Part shown: piece by piece, positions 13,271 to 24,375 of the stretch
Layout: each line of letters opens with the position of its first letter
Numbering within the stretch: position 1 is the stretch's first letter
Source of the DNA: Phoronis australis
Taxonomy: Eukaryota; Animalia; Phoronida
Length of the DNA: 58,996 nt
NCBI GenBank assembly: GCA_002633005.1
Contig: NMRA01000201.1
Location: 381,507 to 440,502 of the forward strand
Direction of reading: 5' to 3'
Notes under the pieces: generated by a model
What the model saw: the letters and a program-made list of their open reading frames with translations, nothing else
What the model was told of the DNA's origin: nothing
The model's database searches: none
Position numbers and translations under genes: made by a program

Positions 13271-13675
13271 GCCCGGTATCTAAATAAAATCTTTGTACTC
13301 GAAACGAACTCGAAACTATTTTTGGCAATTTATCTGCTACTTTTGCGCGAAGTCACGATAAGTGGTTATTAAATTATGCTCGAATACATTTTGGTTTACG
13401 CATATGAGTTTCTAGTCCAAGTTTGTACTTGATGACACTTATTTTCGTGATACAAACTTGAGTAAAGGCTCGAAATTTCGAGTTCAAACTCGAAATTTTA
13501 GCTTTAATATTGGGTTTATCAAGTGCAAACTAGGACTAAGAAATTATCCACGTAAGTCATTATGTACTCGACCATAGAATAATAAACAATTATCTTGAGT
13601 TCGCGCAGAAGTAGAGTAGAAAATGCCAAGCATAATTTCGAGTTCCATTTCTAGTAAAAAGATTAGATTTCGGGC
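13271..13675. mobile_element. ~405 bp foldback/palindromic MITE
   Basis: The left arm gcccggtatct..aatctttgtactcgaaacgaactcgaaactatttttggcaatttatctgctacttttgcgcgaagtcacgataag is the diverged reverse complement of the right arm ..ttatcttgagttcgcgcagaagtagagtagaaaatgccaagcataatttcgagttccatttctagtaaaaagattagatttcgggc; pairing continues inward for >150 bp. Confidence 0.85.
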
Positions 13676-14416
13676 GCAGGTCACGAACAGATGTGTTAAT
13701 GAATTTTACAAGAGAATTTGGCGGGATTTTCTATTGACTGCAATTGAGTTACGCAGACATATCCTATGTCAGTTCTATGTAGCTATTGTTTAGCTTTGTT
13801 AGCGGTTGGCAAGTGCATGGAGGCGTGCACTTGTGTGGGTTAAAATCAAGCCTAGGCGAGATTTCGACGGACGACTGTGGTTGTAATGTTTTAGTCAACC
13901 TGTAACGTAGCAGACTGAAGCATAATTATATTTTTATATTAAAAGAGTCAAACAATTTAGTCTTACCTGTTCAACACAAGGCGTGTGTGTTACTTCGGAA
14001 AATAAATAAAAAATAAGTTAAATATTTTTTATCATTCCCGAACAAGAAACTAAAATGATAGAATTGACGCTGTGGTTGGTCCCTTGCCAAATATTCATAC
14101 TTCCGTTACGTCTGAACTTTATTAACCATCCTATTCAAGGTTTGAAGACTGGTTTGTTTTCACAAATTTGGCATTTTCTTAACGTCAGTGAATTTCGTAA
14201 AACGTAGAGGAATAATTATGTGGAAAGCTGTTCTCGCTGAAAGTCACGTGGTTATGATGCAGACCGAAGACCGTCACTGACACTTTTATCCTTTATTTCA
14301 AATGACATCTAACCGTGACATCTGAAGTGTCCCACTTCAACAGTGGTTTCGGGGCTTAATTTTACAGGTTAGACCTACTTACAACAGTATTCATTTTAAG
14401 TGCACAAAAACAAAAG

Positions 14417-15375
14417 TTATTTTTCAGCCCGATCTCCTTTGACTGTCATGATCACTTGCATAATGATAATTAGGAGACATACGCTAGAAGAAAACAACAG
14501 ACACGCCAGAATCACACTTTCAGCGCCATAATTCTCCATGAGATAACCCGATAACCAGTGGGCTATGAAACCACCAGCGCCAACGCCGAAGTTGTTGATG
14601 GCCATAACAAAAGGAGTGACGTCAATGAATGTGTTGATCCAGCCGACCACAGCGCCACGAAACGGCTTAAACAGGAACGCTATTACACATGCCAAAATCC
14701 AAAACGTAATTATTGAATTGAAACCGTAAAAGTGAAAAATGACCAGGCAGACTGTTGATAAAATAACAGGGGCAAAAACAACAACTTTGTCCGACATTAC
14801 TTTGAGCAGAAACGTGAAAAAGAAACTAGAAACGGTACCGGAAACGTTGTAAGTCGTGAGTAAAATTTCCGCTTCACTCTTAGAAAACAGCTTGCTCTCC
14901 ACTGCAATAGCTACCACGTATTGACTTATGCATGTAAGACGACCAATGCCAGCAAACATGGTGGCAAACAAACTACAGAGAAACAACAAGACAGCGCACA
15001 GTCTTCCTCCCGCCTTTTCTTCGGTGAAAAATTCTTTCAGCGTTTGATGTTGAACATTCCCCACGTTATCCATGGCGTCAGCCCTGTTTCCTTTAACGAC
15101 GAATCCAAGAAAAAACAACGCGGGAAGTACATGGAGCGCGCCAGCTATGGCGAAGGGAACGTAGACAAGAGTATGGTCCGCGACGAGGAATCGGAAGTAA
15201 AACCTTTCAGATTCGTAGTCCGTCAGCAACGACTGGTTCTGGCTTCGATCGTCCGCCAGAAATGGCGAAGCAACCATGGGCGACACCAGTTGTCCTACTG
15301 CAGACAGCGTAGTTATACCGAGGAGAGGCGACCCCACTTCTTTGCCCCAGAGGGAAACCATCACAGGAACGCCAA
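14417..15375 (-). CDS. MFS transporter last coding exon
   Basis: ttccag acceptor; long hydrophobic ORF (V)GVPVMVSLWGKEVGSP...MQVIMTVKGDRAEK*; AATAAA on the minus strand at 14292-14297. Confidence 0.9.
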
Positions 15376-18300
15376 CTGGAAATAAACAAACTAACATGTG
15401 GGACGGTTAAGTATTCAGTAAAACCTTCAACGAAGGGATTTTGTTATTCGGGATGTTTTGACCTCGTCCATATACAATCCAAGCACTGCTTTAAATCAAC
15501 AAGATTTAAATACTCAAACGCAGGCACGCATAATATGTTATACTGTTGAAAACCTCTTCGCCTTGTACGAACGCGTAAAAACAGAACGCAAAGAACTGTC
15601 TATTTTTTAACACTCTCCGGTACTTGGAGTAAAAGCGCGAAGTTGCTGTAGGTACCAGGGTATATATAATAATTGACACCAATGTGTGGAGTCGGGATGT
15701 TCTTTGCAGCTTTGAGGATTCTTGCGGCTCATGACGAAGACAAAATTGGTCAACGTGATGCTTTTAACATACCGTAACCCAAATTTACACGTGCTAAAAT
15801 TCACTAAGAGCTAGGCCTTCAATTAACAAAGGACTGAAAACACGTTTTTGATATATATTGTATTTCACTAAAAGTTTAGCCCCATTGCGAAAACAAAAAT
15901 CGGTGGCCTGTCTGCATTGGCATCCCCAAGGCAGGTCATGATTACCAAGGTCTGGCTAGAAGCTCTAACATGTCACAAGGGAATTGAACCGATATGTAAC
16001 GCCAGTAGGCTACTGCTTGAACTCAGCCTTGATAAAAACTCTGAAAACAGTATGCTAGGTGGTACAGTTCATCGGTTATGTCCTGTGAGGAAAAGGCACC
16101 GTGGGTCTCCCTCCCTGGACGTATGGTCTACTATAGTTACCAACTGAATACACCGGGGTCAACACTGCAGCTTTGAATGGGACAAGTCAAGTGTGTCCTC
16201 ATCCTTATCATATATACAGAGTGACCCTCCTAGTACAGGATAAACGTAGATTAGTCAAGAGATGATAGGTTCATTTGCTGCGTGTACCTGACAAAAGTCG
16301 TGAAAATGAGATAAACAAACAATTGCAGCGTACTCAACTGATAACGTGAGCGTGTGGCATTGCGCTTCGTGTATTCCGTAATAATAGTATCAATTTTAAT
16401 TTATTTCTGCACTAAAGGTCATAGGACCATTGTATAAATAAAAGGTATTTCCCTTGTAATATGGTAACTGCATTTAACATATATTCCCAAATACATGAAC
16501 AATTTACAGGATTACCTCAAAATGACAAAAAATACTCACCGCCTAGAAGTACATTATTTGCCACCCCGATAATCGTGTATAGCACTGCCGCCACAATCAC
16601 GTCGGCACTAAATGGTATTACAACTAAACAAGCTCCTGAAACATAAGAATAGTCTTTTTTCACCACAAAAAGTATTAAGTCAGTAAGCTAAACAGAACGT
16701 TCGCTGCATGACGTATGTGACAAATGCAAAACAATTCTAAGCTTTCGGGACATGAAAGGAATCCTAGGTTGACCCCCTAACCGGTCGAGATTGAGCAACA
16801 CGACCGGTTTGCGCACCACGGAATCTGCCGGTATAGATCAAAGTCGCCATGCTGTTGCGATGAATTAAATCGCCTCAGGCTGCTGATGTTATCGTTTTCT
16901 AAATAATGAGACCCGTCTTAAACACATTTTTAAATGTTCGTTTTTTAAGTTTATAAATAGCATTATTTGAATAGTTCGCGAAAAGCACACTTGATTAGGT
17001 TTTAGCATTTTAAAAACTGGACAAGAAATGTGACTTTTACAACCTAAAACGTTCGTTTAATGCTGCAATAATATGTTCCTCATTAATTCTGCTCTCTGTG
17101 TGTAACATAATTGGGACAATTACCAAACCTTTGGGTAGCAGTTGGATTTTGAGGTAAACCAAGTGTCATCGTACAATTCGTGGCATAAAGAAACGTGCAG
17201 AAAGCGTTGTATAGGAGGTATCATTCGAGTGCTAATTCAATCATCCATCACCTCCATGAGCACTTAGTAAGCTGACTTTGTCACCAAAATATATCTGCTT
17301 GTTAATGGTATTGATGCAACGTCATATGATGAGGTTCAACACAACCAAGGTTTTGCTCGCTTAAAAAAACCTGTTGTTAGTGGCTACAACTGTGCATTTT
17401 GCAAGAAAGAGTTGGCGAAAATGGTGTAGTTGATGTGACCTACAGTAAGACCGTAGAAATTGCTGATTGCTGGCTGTGGTGATAGTAGGCTTTTATAGTT
17501 TCTATTTGAGTGAGTGCGAGGAAGCAACGGTGTCGACAATGAATGGCAGTGTCCTTACATGTAGACCTCGAGGTGATGATATTGAGGATGCTTGACATAC
17601 TGTTTGCAAAAGTGAGGAAAGGTCGGGTTGGTCAAATTAACGTTATAGGTTTTGCTCTGTGTTTGTCCACGAACAACAAATAGGACTCCACCTCAAGAGA
17701 AAAACACACTGGTGATGGAGGTGATGGAATTTACGTAGGCTTACAACGTTCTTGAAACAATGATGGGGTATTCATCAAAACAAGAGAAGAAAATCAACAC
17801 TTTTCTAGCCAGACTTAAAGCAGCATAGGCCTAACACACGTCTACCTGTGACAAAAAGCGACAGTGCGATCCAGTGGTCCCACTTGGTGTAATATCGATG
17901 TCCAAGAAACCCGCCAATGAACGATCCAACCATCATACCGCCACTCCTACATCCCATGGCCGTGGCGAGTGCCTGATAGTCCGTGTGGAAGAGCGCTTTG
18001 AGATCTATAATGCAAGCTGCTGAAAGTACCACGTAGAACCCCTGAAAAATACCTTGTTCATTTTAGGCAAAGCCAACCCAATCCTAAAAAGAAACAAGTC
18101 TGACGGTAACTGAAACTCTATAAACCCATCTTGAATGTTTAGTTAATCGGTGAAGAGAAATGACAAGAAATTCTGAAAGATTTTACTTGAAACGTTTCTG
18201 TGGTGAGTAGATCGTGGCATAAAACCGCTGTACAGACCCTACCATTGCAAACCATGCAAGTCCCAAACAGGCGGTCTTTAATCTCCTGTAGACGATCCAT

Positions 18301-18638
18301 GCTTTGTCCGGCTCAGGTGCGGGTATAATCTCATCGTCTGTCGCATTCAACACGTCCTGTTTCTGCTGATAAAGAACTGATCTGCTGATACCTGTGCTCG
18401 TCAAGAAGTGGTCATCACTTCGGTACAGTAACTCGTCTTCCCCAATGTCTTTTATGGAAGGAAGCTCCCGGCCGTCGATCTCGTCTCGTCTGCTAACGCT
18501 GGCTGTAGTGAAAAAATGGTCTTCACTTCTGTAGAGAAGCTCCGACTCACCACGATGTCGTCTGGATCCCACCCTGAGCGTGTCGTGGCGTGATCTCACT
18601 GACATGAAAGACATGGTGCAGCTGAAATGACATGGCAT
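14417..18638 (-). CDS. MFS transporter, MFSD4/sodium-dependent glucose transporter 1-like (FucP/FHS-related), ~548 aa; exons 18243-18638, 17846-18041, 16540-16635, 14417-15375
   Basis: Four GT-AG exons in consistent phase (1647 nt with TAA). Many hydrophobic helices; motifs KTACLGLAWFAMGF...IIDL, G.M.GSFIGGFL.R and LWGKE..P......G.LVSP..A.PFL resemble the MFSD4 family. The start codon could be 18638 or a nearby ATG. Confidence 0.85.
16540..16635 (-). CDS. MFS transporter coding exon 3
   Basis: tttcag/gtgagt; (G)ACLVVIPFSADVIVAAVLYTIIGVANNVLLG; phase 1/1. Confidence 0.88.
17846..18041 (-). CDS. MFS transporter coding exon 2
   Basis: tttcag/gtagac; GFYVVLSAACIIDLKALF...GMMVGSFIGGFLGHRY...LFVT(G). 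Confidence 0.88.
18243..18638 (-). CDS. MFS transporter coding exon 1 (long hydrophilic N-terminus plus TM1 start)
   Basis: ORF ending LKTACLGLAWFAM|gtaggg, phase 0 into exon 2. Confidence 0.8.
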
Positions 18639-19540
18639 ACGTTTTGTAGTTCTAAATGGTGCAAGCCATGAAAGAGGAAGCCATCCCGCCTAAAAATTGG
18701 CGGTCTCGAATTTTCGAGAAGGTGGACCATTTACTAAGATTCACGAGGTACGTTCAGAGCTATGAATATGTGCATTCGTCGAATTTTGGAAGTTACTGTC
18801 TTCTTAGTGGACTTTTTTTCTCGTAGTATATTAGACAAAACAACGCCTTGATGCTTTGGTCACCGATATTATATGTACATGTACATGGAGTTTTGACTTG
18901 CTGCTCTGCATTGGCGTTGTGTTAGAGCGTGCCGGAGTATGATGCATGCAAGGCAGAACCAGGGTAGAGTGCAGTAACGCTAAGACCTACAGTGTACGCT
19001 AGGAAATCCAGCCAAAATAAGCGTGTTCCTGTCTAAAATACACAGCAATATCTCAAGTAATCTTGCGAAGTCTTCGTTGCTTTTTAGCAAGGCCCTTACT
19101 GAACTCAGGCGTGGTTGCAACACAGTTTTAGTCCGCTCCTTGATCCAATCACAGTGCGTCAATGCCTGGGAGTGCTCTTAAAATCACTCTTGCTCAAACA
19201 CGTTCAAGTCAGCCGGCTAATTAAGCACATGACGATAACCGTCAGAAGCATGCAGTTGTGCAACGTGCTAAAGTGGCGGCATAACAACGGTATGCAGATT
19301 CTTCTCGGTTTTGTTGAGAATTGGTGAAGACAAACACAGCAATCGTTTCCAATTCCCGGTCTGAGTAAATTGTTTATCACGACTTTGAACTCTTTTTTAC
19401 GAGTCACTATTCAATAGCGTGGTTAATTGTCATCCTTTGTTTTAGCTTGTTTGCAATATTTCTACTTGGTCACTTTCTCACAACGCAACCAAACAATTAA
19501 TAAGGTTCAAGCAGCGATAAATGCTAACAACAATTCTCAC

Positions 19541-19660
19541 CTTGTTTCACAGTACGCCGCTGACTACAGACAAGCAGGGATAGGCGTTTATGATCAATTC
19601 AGGTCAGGTGCTATTGTTAGTGGTAATCACGTAGATTTGGATGTGGTTTTAACCCGATCT
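19541..19660 (-). other. Probable 5'UTR exon of the MFS gene
   Basis: ttgttcag acceptor and AAG|gtgaga donor; stop-containing; an acceptor ttttag at 18690-18692 precedes coding exon 1. Confidence 0.35.
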
Positions 19661-22600
19661 CTGAACAACGACATATAAAATTTATCATTTTCCCCTCTAT
19701 TAATCAGACCAGAATGCGTTTTACACATTTGATTATCATCCCAATAAAAATACAACTAAACGCGAGAGGTAGGTATGACGTAACAAGAGACCGAAGAAAG
19801 GTTACGTCATCAATCGCACTACGCTACTGCAAAGGAAACTCCAGTTACTAACCATTAATCGGTGCCATGATAGTCCTCACCGTGGTGGGGTTCTATCGCA
19901 GATGGTTTCGATATTATTGTTGGAAAAAAGGAGCAGATCCTATCATGGTAAAGAGTGTTATGAAATCGGTTTCATCGGAGTCATTTTGATTTTCATTTTT
20001 AGCCAGCGAAAGTCGGAGAGCGAATGGCGTACGTGCTTTATATTATCTTGGCAACCGGTCCTAGCTAAATATGCATAAAAAGATGTCCCAATCGGGGTAC
20101 GCCTTGCGAATCTCCACAGTTTTCAGTAAAATTGCTAATAGTTCTACTTGCATCGAGAGTAGAAAGATGTCACATAGGTGGCCGGGTTTAGGGGGGCCAA
20201 GGGCATTGGCGTCTTTGGGACACGAGCACTGAAAAAAAGAAAAAGAAAGCGTCGTCAACACCATTCTTAGTGGCTGACGTGAACATTACTTCTTCGTAGT
20301 TGCTCTTCTCTAAAACATCCTAGATCCGCCAGCTAGTCACGGTGGATATGCACGACAACTCAAGACGTAAGTAAAAAATTATCGGGCGCAACGCTTAGCG
20401 GAAATTTTGTTCTGTAGATGATGACCAGTTCCACTATGGCCTTAGACGTATCCCAGTTTTCGATAATAAATTGTTGGGATGATACATTAGGCCTACGTGT
20501 GGTCAACGACGCACAAACGACTCGAATATTTAGCAAGATGGTACATAGACGGTTTTAGGGCCGAAAAGCGCATTTTTGTAGTTGTGGGTAGGATAGACAT
20601 CTTGAGGTTGCTGCTTTAGAGCTGTCAAGTAACAGAATCCGTTGAGAAGTCGCCGATTCGCGACATTGGCTTCCAGTCAATTTCCTGCAATCCGCGGTAA
20701 AACGAAGAGGAATTAAAGCTTTCATCAGAGGGTTGTTGTGCAGTGTAAACACAGAATTCTCGTCCGAGGACGCCGGTCGGATTTGCTGATCAAAGTTCAG
20801 GGCGAAAGCCAATTACGAGAGAATACTCTCCGGCGTGAGAAAAGACGAACAGCAGAAGCCTACTGAAAGTGTAATCTCCTTAGAAAAAAAGCATTTGGTA
20901 ACGAACGCGAGTGCTGCACTGCCGAGCGAGATGACTAGAGCATTCCCAGTAATGTCAAGCTCAGTTACCCGGCCTCATTCGGGACTCCGAGCCCGCGGGT
21001 TTCCACGATTTTTATCTCTCGTCTTCAATAAATATCTGGACTTTTATGTAAGCGTAATGTATTTTGAAAAGCCTGTTTTTTTCAATGCCACAGTGGCAGC
21101 ATGCGTACTGTTTTTGAGCATCATGCTTGGGCTCAAGTTCCGAACAATTGCTGAAGTGTTGCCATATAATTTCGAGCAATTAATTCGGGTCACTATTACA
21201 CAAGTATCCAGGTTCAGTTCTGGCCGATTGACACTATAAAAATGTCATCATGCCCAGCAACGCGAGCACTAAAGCCGAAACTCGTTACGACTCACATCAC
21301 CGTACCTTCAAAATTATCTCAACGTTATGACTACGGTTCGCAGCAAGCAGAGTTGACTTCAATGCGTTAGGTAAAATCGGAACTTGGAGGCGTGCACGTT
21401 ATATATTTACATCGCTGTAGAACGTTCTAATCAGGATGCGTTGTAACGATTTTTCAATGTAATAAGTTTTGTGCGAGGTACTCAATTGAAACTACAACTT
21501 TACGACCATTTTCACCTTTATTATTTTGAAACGATACGCCCAACAAAGCAAAATATGCGACATAATAACATCAAGAAAGAGCAGACTGCTCAAGTGAAAA
21601 TAAGAACATCGTTTTACCAATAAATATTGCAACAGATTTTAAACCACCAACTAATTGGAGACACGAAATTAAAAGTTATATCAGAAACATGTAGTGGTAA
21701 CTATAGCATACGGACACTTACATTTACTACGATCCAAAACAAAAACGTTTCCCTGTTACATCTACTCATTAATTTTACCCCGTGCTGAACATCGAATAAA
21801 ATTAACAAAAGGAAACACAGCTTATTTACATGTTGTATTTATATAAATAAAACCTATTGCAAAAAAAAAACAATTTGAAAACAAGCCATCGGAGAAGCCA
21901 ATATATTCTATAAATACAACGACCTAGAGCATAAAGCGAACAGAAATTCAAGGATGGCTGAAAGGTTTTCCAAAGTCACCAGAAAACCAATAACCCTCAA
22001 AATGACGAAAGTTCTAAAACTGAAAGCTGTAACCTATAGTTGCGCCGCTATTATTGCACTCGAATTAAACAAAAAAAAGATTTCCCATCACTGACACAGC
22101 CCACTTGTTTAGCACGCTGCTTTGGATGAGAACACCCACCAAAACAAAACAAATACAAAATCAATATTTCTGATGTGTTTCACACATGGGGAACAGTTTG
22201 GACTGGAAAGAACAACCATGTTCTACTATTATGTAACAGAGTACGTTTCTTACAAAAACAGTTATTTACCTAGCACTCACCGAATGAGAAAGTCTGGCAA
22301 AAACATTCTGGGAACAAGACGTTAAAAAAATCAATTTTTGTAGTATGTAATATTTCGTCATGTGTAGATCTTTCTTCAACACCACATATTTTTTCATTTA
22401 ACTCCTTGTTTAAAAATAAAAGGCAGACTGTTTCGATCAATTTGAACTCATACCAGACATGTGAAATTGCAAACTCCTTTCAGTAAATTTGACAAATTTT
22501 AATTGCGTTTGCAATTATCCATGAATGCTGTCCCAGAGAACATTCGTCATTCAGTTGGTAACAAAATTCAATGTACAATCGCCTTCTATAGAAAAAGTGA

Positions 22601-24320
22601 ATGCTTCAGAGCTTTCCTGTGAATGTGCTCAAGCAGATTTCTAATGTCAAATGAAATTTACAAATTTCTGTACAACACTTCATGTATCTTGATCATTTAA
22701 ACGCCCCCAGCTTTTCTTCCACAACTTTCAAATTTTTAAACTATTTTAAATTTCCCTCACGGCAGCATTAATAATTCTGTTTTTTTAGTGATCTTGTTAT
22801 TTCGTTTTATAGCGGCAGTCAACTGAAAAGGGTGAAAAAAAGTCCCATCACCTGCCCTAATATCCTACCATTTCTCATTTTCCCACCTTAGCAAGACTTT
22901 CTCATTCAGATGATCTTAACATGGATGAAACATTTGACACTGAACATTTATGCCCTGCAGTTCTATGAAATATTTTCACATGTTACCCATTGAATAAGCA
23001 TTACAATTCAGCCAACAAGTTTTTCAGGGTTGTTTAAATCCATATCAAAGCCCAGACAGTTATTTACCAGACACCATAGAAAACAAAAGAACTTTGCTAT
23101 AAATATCTGAGGATGCAAAACAAAGAAGACAAGACCAAAAAAAAAAATGCTCAGACAGATCTAGTATAACCTTCTTAAAAATTATTTAAGGATACAGATT
23201 TTATAAGTTTATTTTTTTCTTGAGAAAAGATCTGAACCGAAGTAAGTCTAGAAATAATCAAAAATGTTTTTTTCAAAAAGTAAAAATTTCAATCAAATCA
23301 TGTTAAATATGCTTTTTAAGTGTCCCAAAAATTCCAATACCTGAAATACCAGATGATGTGTTTGTATTCCAGGACTCACAAAGATTCTTTCACATGGCAC
23401 AGCATTTAGAAAGAGTTCCACAGTTGACTGTCATTGCAGAGGTGGGACAAATTGATTTTAAGACTTCACGCAGCTGACACTCTCATAGTCTTCACCAGAT
23501 CTACTGAAATGTGTACTTCAGACTGCAGATCAACGTTTCTAAGTTCAACCCACTGCAAAAGAAACTTTGGATCCCTGAATTATGAAAAACACCACTAGTC
23601 CCCAGTTAAAGCATAATCACATACTTACAATTTAGAATATGTCAATTTGTGAACAATTTTGGGACACCTTGCATATAGTGATTTTTGGTTACCAGAGTTC
23701 AAAACGAGGCCACTAGTTCAAAATTTTTTCAATTTTTAAAAATCCTAAATAAATGCATGTTCAGTATATTTTATTAAAGATTATCAATGACTCCATTCCT
23801 TTTTGTGAATATTTTGGGGAATGTGGCTAATTTCCTCCTAAGTACAGTCATATTTTTAGATTACCAAAAAATCTGCAAACACATCAGGAAATAATCAGCA
23901 TACAATAAGTGAAATTTATGTTTAAGTTTGCCCCAGCAAACACTGTGTTTGATGATTCTGATCCAAATATGATGCCAGATCGTGAGATACGGAGTGAGAC
24001 CTTTGACCAAAACAAGTACTTCTCCATGACATTGTGGGTAACATAATGGCTCATTGCATTATATTTGCCAGGTTAGGTATTTTTAACACAGCAACAAGGC
24101 ACTGATTGTTTACATTTCACAAGATCACAGACTAATTAAATTCTTATGGGTTTTGACTGCTGAACATAATAGAGTTACATTCCCTGACAAGTCAAACAAA
24201 GTAGGAAACTTAAAATCAGTAGAAAACGAGTAGATTGAAGTCATTGAAAATCTTTAAAAAGTAAATTAATTTATGTTTAAATGTGCATAAATCTAGTTTA
24301 TGCAGGATTTTATTAGGTAT

Positions 24321-24375
24321 TCACTTCTTCTTTTTCACTGGACGGAAGCCTTTCTTTTTGGCCTGACCCAAGGAC
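24321..24375 (-). CDS. KIAA2012-like exon 20 (stop)
   Basis: ttttcag; (R)SLGQAKKKGFRPVKKKK*. Confidence 0.8.

Noticed and set aside
14921-15385. 154-aa + strand ORF, and the + strand ORFs at 27059, 29692, 30683, 35090-35563 and 45412
   Set aside because: Antisense shadows of minus-strand coding exons
20835-21239. 134-aa + strand ORF
   Set aside because: Non-ATG start and no recognisable domain; probably the promoter/5' region of the MFS gene
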